Assembly (NCBI GenBank): GCA_029940175.1
Contig: JAOZRM010000001.1
Location: 1-40,777, forward strand
From: Candidatus Sabulitectum sp.
GTDB taxonomy: Bacteria > Fermentibacterota > Fermentibacteria > Fermentibacterales > JCC-6
Direction: 5' to 3'
Length of the DNA stretch: 40,777 nucleotides
Part shown: positions 18,314 to 27,274 of the stretch, in pieces
Numbering within the stretch: the first letter of the stretch is position 1
Layout of the letters: each line of letters opens with the position of its first letter
Translations under genes and position numbers: made by a program
The notes under the pieces: model-generated
Told to the model about the DNA's origin: nothing
What the model saw: only the letters and a program-made list of their open reading frames with translations
Databases searched by the model: none

Positions 18314-19849
18314 ATGATGAAATTGCTGTCGATTCCAGTTCTGTTGATTCTGTTTACCGGTTGCAGTACTCCTGAAGGAAATACCTGGCTGATAAGAACA
18401 AACACAGATGAAATATCTATTGTAGAAGCAGGAATCGTCTGGGACGGTCTGGACCATGAAGCAAGAACTGTTTTCCTATCAGGCAGCAATCCCGTTGGCG
18501 ATTTCATTACAACACTTGGCAGAAAATCCATGGTTGCAGCTGAAATAAATACTGCTTCGTACCTGCACTCCAGTCTTATTCAAAACATGAAAATATGTTG
18601 GATAATCAACTCGGCTGTCATAGCTTACACAGATTCTCTATCAGAGAATCTCAGAAATGATATAAGTGAGGAAGACATTTCCAATTACGGAGATCTTCTT
18701 GGCAGTATTGTCTGGTATTCTTCCAGTATCTCAGGTCAACATGGACCCGAAAGACTTCCAGACCTGCCATGGAATATCGCGTTTGCTTTTGATTCTATGA
18801 GTTCCGGCTCAACCGTGGAAATAGAAGGAGTTTTCTATACACTGGATTCTATAACAACCTCACCACAGGAGATGATAGAAGAAACCCTTGCTGATACTGA
18901 CAGATTTACTACATTTGCCAGGAGCAGTCTTGTGGAAAGCCGCCTGCAAAGAAATCTGTTATCCCTGAAGTATCAGGTGCTTGAAACACTGAGCATTGAT
19001 TCCGCTTCAGTAATCTCATACTGTACCCAGCGGGAGTTGACAGAAGATGCAGCTATACTTGCCACTTGGGAAGGTGGCTCAATCTCAGCAGTTGATTTTG
19101 ATGGTATTGCTGTTTTTCTTTCACTGGGGCGACCGGGCATAGAGGTCTCGGTACCATGGGTACTTCACAATCTTGCGAATCAGGCCCGTCTGACCAATAT
19201 AGCAGATCTGTATGCCACTGAATATCCGGACGATTATGGAAGAATTACCCAGGGAGGAAACAATTTCGCATTTGACAGTGCAAGTGAACTGCTTTATTCC
19301 ACGAATGTTACAAACATGACAGAAATGTCCGACTCTCTGGTTATGGCAGCATACGAGAGAATGTCCTCAATTCCTGAGATGCCGCAGTCCCGAGTATTCG
19401 AATCTGTAGTTGTTCCAGCAGGTATCCTGGATGATGCTCTTGAGTTATTGGAAAACGATGGCGATCTGCTCTCTTTCGGTTATCCGGGATATCCGGAATT
19501 TCTTAGTTCCGGCCATGAATTCCTCTCAAGGCCGGTTTACCTCTCCGAGCTTCCGTCCCCTCTGGATGTCTCTCTCTTCCTTCTTGAAGAGGAGGAAACG
19601 GAATGGCAAAGACCTGTTGAAGTTCAAGAAGACCTGTTCCTTTTTTACAGACTTGTAGAGATAATTCCATCCTGCCCGGCTTCTTTCGAACAACTTGAAC
19701 AGTCGATCAGAACCAATCTCCGTATACATCATGAAGAGCAGAGAACCATGGAATGGATGTGTGAGTTAGAGGCTTCTTATCAGCTTCAGATCAACAATGA
19801 CATTCTGGGGAAACTTCCTCTTGATCCTTCTGCATGGAGTGAACTGTAG
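18314..19849 (+). CDS. Acidic lipoprotein, degenerate PrsA/SurA-like foldase architecture
   Basis: LFTGC lipobox. The C-terminus (SFEQLEQSIRTNL...EWMCELEASYQLQINNDIL) follows the pattern that closes parvulin-type foldases; catalytic parvulin residues are not recognisable. Confidence 0.6.
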   Translation: MMKLLSIPVLLILFTGCSTPEGNTWLIRTNTDEISIVEAGIVWDGLDHEARTVFLSGSNPVGDFITTLGRKSMVAAEINTASYLHSSLIQNMKICWIINSAVIAYTDSLSENLRNDISEEDISNYGDLLGSIVWYSSSISGQHGPERLPDLPWNIAFAFDSMSSGSTVEIEGVFYTLDSITTSPQEMIEETLADTDRFTTFARSSLVESRLQRNLLSLKYQVLETLSIDSASVISYCTQRELTEDAAILATWEGGSISAVDFDGIAVFLSLGRPGIEVSVPWVLHNLANQARLTNIADLYATEYPDDYGRITQGGNNFAFDSASELLYSTNVTNMTEMSDSLVMAAYERMSSIPEMPQSRVFESVVVPAGILDDALELLENDGDLLSFGYPGYPEFLSSGHEFLSRPVYLSELPSPLDVSLFLLEEEETEWQRPVEVQEDLFLFYRLVEIIPSCPASFEQLEQSIRTNLRIHHEEQRTMEWMCELEASYQLQINNDILGKLPLDPSAWSEL

Positions 19850-21640
19850 TTGTCTGGATTTCTTCTCTTCTTTCTACCATTCACCGTTGTTCTGAGCTCT
19901 GTATTTCCAGGCCTCTTTGACTCTACAATGATGTCACGGCTGGCGTTGTATCCGCTGGCCGGTGCTGTTATTCTTTTCTTTGGAAGAAAAAGTATTTCCC
20001 GTACCCACATGATTGTCGGAGCATTAATTGGGCTGCTTCCTGCTCTATCTCTATTGTGGGGAACCTCCATAGTCGGAGGGATTCCTTTTGCTGTCAGATG
20101 GATCTCTTTCGGAATGATGATACTGGGCTTCTCCGGAACTATTGCTCGATGGGGGCTCAAGTCTCATCTGGCTGGTCTTGTAGCAGCAGCTGTAATTACT
20201 TCCATGGTAATGATTGCAGCAGGGGCTGACACCATAACAGGTAATGCAAATAGAGCAGGCATGGTCCTTGCTCTTGGATTTGTAGGTAGTCTCATTCTCT
20301 TCAATAAGAAAAGGCTGTACTCCTGGCTGGCATCTTCTCTTATCATTACCGGGGTCCTGTTATCCTCGTTCTATATTGGATGGATAGCATGTCTCGCCGC
20401 CGGATCTGTATACTTCTTGTGGGCTCGGTGGAAGATAAGAACATGGATGATACTTACTCTGATGATAGTTGGACAGATCATCTTTGCAGCGTTCCCGCAG
20501 TATGCAGCAAGAACAGGACCTACCCTTGAACTTCGCACAAGGATATGGCGATACTCCGCGATGCTCTTCAAAGAAAATATCCCGCTTGGAGTAGGCATCG
20601 GTTCTGCAAGATTGAAGATTTTCAACGGAGCAGAGCCTGAACTGAGAATCCTTGCTGGTGGTAATAAAAGGATAGATTATCTGCATTCAGAACCTCTCAC
20701 CATGATCTCTGAATTGGGTATTCCCGGATTGCTTCTACTTCTGTTCATGCTTTACTGGTTCACAAAAAAATGTAAATCTGTCGAACAGCTGGCATTGCTT
20801 ACTGCGTTCTGGCCCATCTTTACCAGTGATCTGCCACTCGCCACTCCTCTGGGAGCCATCCCGGCAGCTCTTTTTCTGGGAGCAATTCCATCCTTAAGAG
20901 AAAATAGAATTTCTGTTCCGGTTTTTCTTCCTGTTCTGGCATTAATCCTCTCAATGTACTGGTTCTTTATGGTGGTTACAGGTTATTCAGCAATGGGAAA
21001 TGCCGAAAGACGATCAGTAACTAATATTGAACTTGCTTGTGAAAGAATTCCATGGGAGGAAAGGGTTTTTCTGGTGGCAGGACAAATTCACCTGCAGAAT
21101 GACATGACTTTGTCAGCCCTGGAAGACTCCAGGCACTTCATTGACCTCTATCCCGACTATTTCCGGGGATGGGAACTCAGAGCCACTGCACTGGCCGCTG
21201 CTGGAAGAGAAAGCAGTTCAAGCTCGGCATGGGCAAAGGCTGCTTTGCTGGTTCCTGACAACATTGTATACCCTGACAGGTATTTCTATGCTCTTAACGC
21301 AATACAGCCAGGAATGAATCCGGATACTGCAATTGCGATTTCAAGTGTGCTGATAGAATCGAGAGATAGTATAAAGTTACTGATCACCGGCATAGACTCT
21401 GCTCAATCGCTCTTCATTATTAGTAAACTCCTGGATCTTTCGGATCAGTGCAGACCTCTATCCAGTTATCATGCAGCCCAAATATGGTTTATGGCTATCA
21501 GTCATGCTGTGTATACAGAAGATCATCTCCCGAGTGATCTTTCCATGAGAATTCTTGAAGCTGAAGATGATCTCTACCAGTTTCTGGACCCGGATTGGAC
21601 AATGAAAGCTGACGATTTCATCCAGGCATTGAAAAATTAA
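19850..21640 (+). CDS. O-antigen ligase (Wzy_C/WaaL/PglL)-like membrane protein with a TPR-like C-terminal domain
   Basis: About 12 TM segments; GNAN, RTRIW, PLGVGIG and YLHSEPLTMISELGIPG match the R..IW / G.G.G / H-x9-E-x-G..G signature. TTG start abuts the upstream stop. Confidence 0.78.
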   Translation: MSGFLLFFLPFTVVLSSVFPGLFDSTMMSRLALYPLAGAVILFFGRKSISRTHMIVGALIGLLPALSLLWGTSIVGGIPFAVRWISFGMMILGFSGTIARWGLKSHLAGLVAAAVITSMVMIAAGADTITGNANRAGMVLALGFVGSLILFNKKRLYSWLASSLIITGVLLSSFYIGWIACLAAGSVYFLWARWKIRTWMILTLMIVGQIIFAAFPQYAARTGPTLELRTRIWRYSAMLFKENIPLGVGIGSARLKIFNGAEPELRILAGGNKRIDYLHSEPLTMISELGIPGLLLLLFMLYWFTKKCKSVEQLALLTAFWPIFTSDLPLATPLGAIPAALFLGAIPSLRENRISVPVFLPVLALILSMYWFFMVVTGYSAMGNAERRSVTNIELACERIPWEERVFLVAGQIHLQNDMTLSALEDSRHFIDLYPDYFRGWELRATALAAAGRESSSSSAWAKAALLVPDNIVYPDRYFYALNAIQPGMNPDTAIAISSVLIESRDSIKLLITGIDSAQSLFIISKLLDLSDQCRPLSSYHAAQIWFMAISHAVYTEDHLPSDLSMRILEAEDDLYQFLDPDWTMKADDFIQALKN

Positions 21641-21643
21641 TCA

Positions 21644-21671
21644 GGGATGGAACCGTTGTCAGTTCCATCCC
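21644..21671. terminator. Hairpin between convergent genes
   Basis: GGGATGGAAC-cgttgtca-GTTCCATCCC 10-bp stem with no clear U-tract. Confidence 0.6.
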
Positions 21672-21680
21672 CAGATTGGC

Positions 21681-23138
21681 TTATCTTATAAAACAGAGCT
21701 TTTCTGTGGAAGTAACTCCTTCATTTATGGCTCTCACCAGGTAGATACCTGTCTGAAGACTGCTGAAGGTTTCGCTGTGATTCCCTGAAATTACCTCTCG
21801 ACCTGTCATATCATGAACAGTAAACTCTCCCTGGGACGAGATAGTAACAGCACCCATTGCAGGATTTGCACTGAAGTGAATGGAAGGGGCAATTGCAGGA
21901 GTATCATCTTCAATCCCCAGCATATGCATTGCAGGCATAATGGTAGGGTCACCAATGACAACCATTCCAAGATGCCAGTACTTCTCAGACTGGGAGAATC
22001 CTCCACTTATTATGTGATTCCACCAGGCTTTATAAGCCTCGCCGAAACTATCTCCATCACCCAGGGGCTCATAGAATCTTGCGAATTGAAGCATGGCACC
22101 ACTCTTTGTACTGCCTATGGCAGCAAGCCCCATCTCAGTTCCGAATACATAAGCACACCCCATACACCAGTTTGATGTAAAGCGGCAGTTGGAACATGCA
22201 AAAAGGTTATAGAATCTTGATGGAGGATCGTCCAGCCAGATATGCCCTGATGTGGTACTTGGACCGGGATCCCACTGATGCACTGTGGGTCCTGAGTGAA
22301 CGAATGGGCTGATCCATGTGTAGCCCTCCTGAAGTCTGTTCTCTCTATAGTCCGTACCATTGGTAGCGCTTGTTGGATAGTTAACAAGCTCAACCTCGTC
22401 GTAGAGTTCTTCCATTGCAGAACGGTACTGATTCCCCCACTGTGCCCAGTCATCATCAACATAGCAAAGTGCGCTGAGTTCAGGGTCTCCGTTCAGCCGC
22501 CAGTCATGGAGTCTTGTGAGGTAAGACTCGATAAGATCATACTCATCACCGAGGATAAGAACGCTGGTGGTAATTCTGCCAGTATAGATCTCCGGAAACA
22601 GATCTCCGCTCCAGCCATCATAGATACTGTCCTGTCCGGCAGTACCAATACCGGGATAACCAATCCAGTTATCTTCCCATACTCCGTCCAGATCCATGTA
22701 GAAATAGTCACTGGGAAACGTCTCGTTTGACTTGGCCATGTTATCAACGGTGCATGACCACGGCGCAGGAATGTCTCCTACAAACACCACTCCCTCAAGA
22801 CCATCTGCATACAACTCTGCAAGCCATGCCCTTATCTCAACAGGATCCGCATAAGTGATCTCAACAGCGGCGCAGAAATTACCATCACTCTGGATGTCCA
22901 CAAGCCATTCATCGATGAGAGCTGAATCAAGGCTGTCAGACATATACTCTTCCATTACAATAAGAAAATCTGAACCTCTGGCTTCTCCCCGGACAGGTGT
23001 AACTCTAAGTTCAGAATATTCCGGCTGCTCAGCCCGGTACTCGGCGTATGTTCCCGGCTGGAAATCAGTTTCAAGATTTCTTGTAATTGGTGTTTCATCA
23101 TAAACACCCGCAATCAGCAGAAGGATCAACAAAGGCAT
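21681..23138 (-). CDS. Peptidase C25 (gingipain)-like secreted protein with a T9SS type A C-terminal sorting domain
   Basis: VVFVGDIP, SDYFYMDLDG, PEIYTGRI, putative His/Cys dyad (FVHS, FACSNC), VIGDPT. CTD motifs SANP, VHDMTGREV, LQTGIYLVR, TEKLCFIR. Confidence 0.82.
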   Translation of the reverse strand: MPLLILLLIAGVYDETPITRNLETDFQPGTYAEYRAEQPEYSELRVTPVRGEARGSDFLIVMEEYMSDSLDSALIDEWLVDIQSDGNFCAAVEITYADPVEIRAWLAELYADGLEGVVFVGDIPAPWSCTVDNMAKSNETFPSDYFYMDLDGVWEDNWIGYPGIGTAGQDSIYDGWSGDLFPEIYTGRITTSVLILGDEYDLIESYLTRLHDWRLNGDPELSALCYVDDDWAQWGNQYRSAMEELYDEVELVNYPTSATNGTDYRENRLQEGYTWISPFVHSGPTVHQWDPGPSTTSGHIWLDDPPSRFYNLFACSNCRFTSNWCMGCAYVFGTEMGLAAIGSTKSGAMLQFARFYEPLGDGDSFGEAYKAWWNHIISGGFSQSEKYWHLGMVVIGDPTIMPAMHMLGIEDDTPAIAPSIHFSANPAMGAVTISSQGEFTVHDMTGREVISGNHSETFSSLQTGIYLVRAINEGVTSTEKLCFIR

Positions 23139-23146
23139 GACAACTC

Positions 23147-23773
23147 CTAACTTAAGTAAGCCATGAGATCCAGCAGCTTAACTGCCAGATTCATTGCTGG
23201 GATGAGAATGCTGGAAATAACGCCTGTAAAAAGAAGCCCGAACACTATGAACATTCCAAATCGCTCAAGCTTCATGTAGTGCCATAATGCTTTTCCCTTA
23301 AGAAAACGGGCAACAATTCTGCTGCCGTCTAGAGGAGGAATTGGAATGAGATTGAAAACCATGAGCATCACATTGATAACAGAAACATATGCAAAAGTTC
23401 TTGCAAAAAATGCTGGAAGAAAGCCACCGGTCAAGTGAAGAAGAACGCTGAGCACAATAGCGATAGACAGGTTTGCTGCAGGTCCCGCCATGGCCACAAG
23501 CATCATTCCCTTCTGGGGATTTCTGAAGTAGGCAGGATTAACAGGAACAGGTTTTGCCCACGCAAACAGAAAAGGTGATTTCATAAAAATAAGCATCGCA
23601 GGTAAGATGATTGTTCCAAATAAGTCAATATGAACAATGGGGTTGAAAGAGAGTCTGCCTGCCCGGGATGCAGTTGGATCTCCAAGCTTATAAGCTGTAA
23701 AACCATGGGCTATCTCATGGCAGACTACACTGAAAAAAACCATAACAAGAACAAGTGGCATTTCCATTAACAT
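23147..23773 (-). CDS. Site-2 protease family (M50) intramembrane metalloprotease
   Basis: HEIAH, GDPT...GRLSFNP, WAKPVPVN, AGPAAN, FNLIPIPPLDG. Confidence 0.95.
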   Translation of the reverse strand: MLMEMPLVLVMVFFSVVCHEIAHGFTAYKLGDPTASRAGRLSFNPIVHIDLFGTIILPAMLIFMKSPFLFAWAKPVPVNPAYFRNPQKGMMLVAMAGPAANLSIAIVLSVLLHLTGGFLPAFFARTFAYVSVINVMLMVFNLIPIPPLDGSRIVARFLKGKALWHYMKLERFGMFIVFGLLFTGVISSILIPAMNLAVKLLDLMAYLS

Positions 23774-23779
23774 GTTACT

Positions 23780-24472
23780 TTATCTCCTTCTTCCTGCAAG
23801 AAGCAGCCAGAGCATCTGTCCAATGGCAGCAAGAGCACTGGCGACATAAGTAAGAGCAGCTGCGGTTAGAACTTTTTTAACTCCTGCTACATCAGACGGA
23901 GGAAAGCCCCGCTCCTTTTCAAGCCAGCTGACAGCCCTGGCGCTGGCGTTGAATTCAACTGGAAGAGTTACCAGCTGAAACAACAGAGCTGCACTGTACA
24001 GAGCAACTCCAATGTAGATCAAATTCGTCATACGAAAGAAAAACCCGCCCAGAAGAAGTGGGAACAACATCTGACTGCCCAGATTGGCCACTGGAACCAG
24101 TGCTGTTCTGAATTTAAGAGGAGAATATCCCATTGCATGCTGTACGGCATGGCCAGCCTCATGGGCAGCAATCCCGATGGCAGCAACCGAATCACTGGCA
24201 TAAACACCGCTTGAAAGTCTAAGTGTTTTCGACCGGGGATCGTAATGGTCTGTGAGTTTTCCCTGTACCTGTTCAATGCCAATGTTTGCAAGCCCATAAT
24301 TATCCAGAATGCTTCTCGCCATTGATGCACCGGTAAGTCCGAGGCCATTCCGGACTTTACTGTATTTGTTAAAAGTTGAATTCACTCTGGAACGGGCGAT
24401 CATTCCAAGAATAAACGCGGCAATGATCACAAGGATACCCGGATTCATATCGTACATCATTTGAAAAAGCAT
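23780..24472 (-). CDS. YugP-like neutral zinc metallopeptidase (membrane)
   Basis: LTDHYDPR, AAHEAGHAVQH, TLPVEFNASARA, VLTAAALTYVA. Confidence 0.93.
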   Translation of the reverse strand: MLFQMMYDMNPGILVIIAAFILGMIARSRVNSTFNKYSKVRNGLGLTGASMARSILDNYGLANIGIEQVQGKLTDHYDPRSKTLRLSSGVYASDSVAAIGIAAHEAGHAVQHAMGYSPLKFRTALVPVANLGSQMLFPLLLGGFFFRMTNLIYIGVALYSAALLFQLVTLPVEFNASARAVSWLEKERGFPPSDVAGVKKVLTAAALTYVASALAAIGQMLWLLLAGRRR

Positions 24473-24501
24473 AATTTCACCCTTCTTTAATCATACAGAT
24501 A

Positions 24502-24517
24502 TGCAATTCCGTTTCCA
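24502..24517 (-). promoter_or_regulatory. Putative sigma54 (-24/-12) promoter
   Basis: Minus strand TGGAAA-CGGAA-TTGCA has the exact GG-N10-GC spacing and lies 29 nt upstream of the yugP-like ATG. Confidence 0.55.
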
Positions 24518-24569
24518 GAGCTATCCGGATGAATACCAGAAACATAATAGATCCGGAGTGCAGCCTGCG

Positions 24570-25280
24570 TCACCGATGGGCCATGTCGGCGCATGTGGAG
24601 CATATCCTTCCCATTGTTGAACTGATCAAAGCTCTCTCCAGCGGTTTTTCAAGGCTGGGCAGATCTTTTACATGAATAGCAAGACGGAAAACTCTGCTTC
24701 CCGAGAACAGCGATGGTCCGGCAGAAGACCAGAATACACTGCATGCTCTCTTCCATGGAGTTCGGGTTGCAAATACCACTGCAGGAATTGTGTGTGTGAC
24801 TCCCCCTGCATGCTCAATAGCCCAGCGGTACTCAATCCACTTAAAGGGGAAACCTTTCAGAGCTTCTCTGGTTCCACGGCTGTATAACCAGGCGGGTGCA
24901 GTAAACCCCGATGGCGGTTCTCCCAGAACGTCAGACATTATTTTGAAGCCCTGATCAATTCTAATAGCAGCATCGTCCCTTGAAAGAGACAGAAATTCTC
25001 CCTCACCCTTTGTGAATAGTTTGCCTTCCATAGAAAACTTCTCTTGAGTATCCAGGTGATACAATCCATGTTGTGCAATTTCCACACCTGCCCCATTCAA
25101 TTCACGAAGCCAGGAGCAGAATTCCGGAAACTTATCGATTCTTCCCCCGGAATGATAATCAGGCACAACCAGCATTGTAAAATTTGCTCCGGTTCTCTTC
25201 ATGATCATATCTGTCAACTGCCGGGAACGATCAAACATCGCCGGTGTAACGTCATGAAGAGAGACCAGTATTTGCTTCAC
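24570..25280 (-). CDS. Polysaccharide deacetylase-like protein (DUF2334 type)
   Basis: SLHDVTP, LVVP, QHGLYH, EGEF, GFTAPAW, RLAIH. GTG overlaps the metG stop. Confidence 0.85.
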   Translation of the reverse strand: MKQILVSLHDVTPAMFDRSRQLTDMIMKRTGANFTMLVVPDYHSGGRIDKFPEFCSWLRELNGAGVEIAQHGLYHLDTQEKFSMEGKLFTKGEGEFLSLSRDDAAIRIDQGFKIMSDVLGEPPSGFTAPAWLYSRGTREALKGFPFKWIEYRWAIEHAGGVTHTIPAVVFATRTPWKRACSVFWSSAGPSLFSGSRVFRLAIHVKDLPSLEKPLERALISSTMGRICSTCADMAHR

Positions 25281-27274
25281 TACTTAATTGTATCCCCAGG
25301 TTTTGAGTCAGCAGCAGGCTCCAGGAGGAATACTCCGGATTCACCGTCGCTGGCCATTAGCATTCCATGACTCATAACTCCGCAGAGTTTCGCCGGTTTC
25401 AAATTGCACACCACGGCAACCAGCCGCCCCTGAAGTTCTTCTTTTGTGTAATGGGGCTTCATGCCTGCAACCACAGTTCTGACCCTGTCACCTGTATCAA
25501 CTTCAACCTTGTAGAGTTTTTTTGCTTTCTTGATATCTTCAACTGAAAGAATTCTACCCACTTTGAACTCAATCTTCATGAACTCTTCAAAATCAACTTC
25601 AGGGGTTTCTTCAACATTTTCTTCCACTAAGGGAGTTTCAGATTTGTCCATCACTTTTTCAAAACCATCTTCCAGCTTTTTGAAGAGAATCTCTGCCTCT
25701 CCAAGTTTTAATCCCGACTCAAGGAGAACAGTACCTGCATCAGACCATTTGAGCTCATCCAGACCCAGCATTCTTCTGATTTTTTCCGCAGAGAAAGGGA
25801 TAAATGGCTCAAATATCACAGCAAGTGAAACACAGAGGTTCAAACAAGTTGCTACAGTTACGGCACACTGATCCGGATCTGTCTTCAATGATTTCCATGG
25901 CTTGGCCGTATCAAAGTATCTGTTGCCTTCTCGTGCAAGTTCCATTGCCACGCCAATGGCTTTTTTGAATCTGAATGATTCCATCAGAACAGCGATCTCT
26001 TCAGCTGTCTCTCCGGCCCTGTTAAGCAAAGTCATATCCAGGTCAGCAGATGGAACTCTGCCTTCAAATTTGCTTAAGGTGAACTTCAGAGTTCGGTTAA
26101 TGAAATTACCCAGCACATCCGCCAACTCATTGTTCCTGGTCTGATACTCTCTCCATGAGAAATCGGAATCTCTGTTCTCAGGAGCGTTTACAACAAGAGC
26201 ATAACGCATTGGATCAGGGTCAAAATGATCCAGATAATCCCCCATGTTGATTCCGGTACCACGGCTTGTGGAAAACTTCTGTCCCGATATGTTGAGATAC
26301 TCGTTAGCCGGCACATTCCAGGGCAGATTAAAATTCCCAAGGCCGTGAAGAAGGGATGGCTCAATAATGCAATGGAACACTATGTTGTCCTTGCCTATGA
26401 ACTGAACAAGCTTTGTCTCCGGATCCTGCCAGTACTTACGCCATTCATCCGGATCTTTTCCTGCTTTCGAGAAGTATTCCATTGTACTGCTGATGTATCC
26501 AAGAACTGCTTCAAACCAGACGTACAAAACCTTACCCTTTGCCTCTTCAAGAGGTACTGGGACTCCCCATGAAATATCTCTTGTTATTGCCCTTTCACGC
26601 AGACCATCACTCAACCAGCTGTGACAGTACTTCAATACATTTGTTTTCCAGTCAGACTGCCCTCCAAGCCAGCCCTCAAGCCATTCCTGAAATCTATCAA
26701 GCAATAGGAACCAGTGCCTTGTAACTCTGGTTTCCGGAGTCGCGCCACAGATTCCGCACCTGGGGTTTATGAGCTCAAAAGCCTCAGTCCATGTTCCACA
26801 GCTCTCACATTGATCTCCGCGAGCATCCTCTGAACCGCACTTGGGACACGTTCCATTGATGTATCTGTCAGGAAGATATCTCTTGCAATCCGGACAGTAG
26901 AGTTGTTTCATATCTTTCGGAAGAATGTATTCCTTTTCAAGCAGGTCAAGAAATACACTCTGAGCAAACTCAATGTGTTCAGGGCGAGTAGTTCTGGAAA
27001 AATTATCAAAAATGATCCCGAATCTTTTGAAATCCCCGGCAATGATGTCATGGTACTTGTTCACTACTTCCATTGGGGTAATTCCCATTTTTTCAGCGGC
27101 GATTGTAATTGGTACACCATGTTCATCGGTTCCGGAACAGAATAGAACGTCGTTGCCGGACATCCGAATGTACCTCACGTAGATATCTGCAGGAAGATAG
27201 GCCCCGGCAAGATGCCCCAGATGTTTCGGTCCGTTTGCGTATGGAAGCGCGCTTGTCACCATGTAACGAGACAT
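25280..27274 (-). CDS. metG: Methionine--tRNA ligase with C-terminal tRNA-binding domain
   Basis: SALPYANG, HLGH, GTDEHG, four CxxC motifs, YVWF, FIGKDN, KFSTS, NLKPAKLCGVMSHGM. Confidence 0.98.
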   Translation of the reverse strand: MSRYMVTSALPYANGPKHLGHLAGAYLPADIYVRYIRMSGNDVLFCSGTDEHGVPITIAAEKMGITPMEVVNKYHDIIAGDFKRFGIIFDNFSRTTRPEHIEFAQSVFLDLLEKEYILPKDMKQLYCPDCKRYLPDRYINGTCPKCGSEDARGDQCESCGTWTEAFELINPRCGICGATPETRVTRHWFLLLDRFQEWLEGWLGGQSDWKTNVLKYCHSWLSDGLRERAITRDISWGVPVPLEEAKGKVLYVWFEAVLGYISSTMEYFSKAGKDPDEWRKYWQDPETKLVQFIGKDNIVFHCIIEPSLLHGLGNFNLPWNVPANEYLNISGQKFSTSRGTGINMGDYLDHFDPDPMRYALVVNAPENRDSDFSWREYQTRNNELADVLGNFINRTLKFTLSKFEGRVPSADLDMTLLNRAGETAEEIAVLMESFRFKKAIGVAMELAREGNRYFDTAKPWKSLKTDPDQCAVTVATCLNLCVSLAVIFEPFIPFSAEKIRRMLGLDELKWSDAGTVLLESGLKLGEAEILFKKLEDGFEKVMDKSETPLVEENVEETPEVDFEEFMKIEFKVGRILSVEDIKKAKKLYKVEVDTGDRVRTVVAGMKPHYTKEELQGRLVAVVCNLKPAKLCGVMSHGMLMASDGESGVFLLEPAADSKPGDTIK

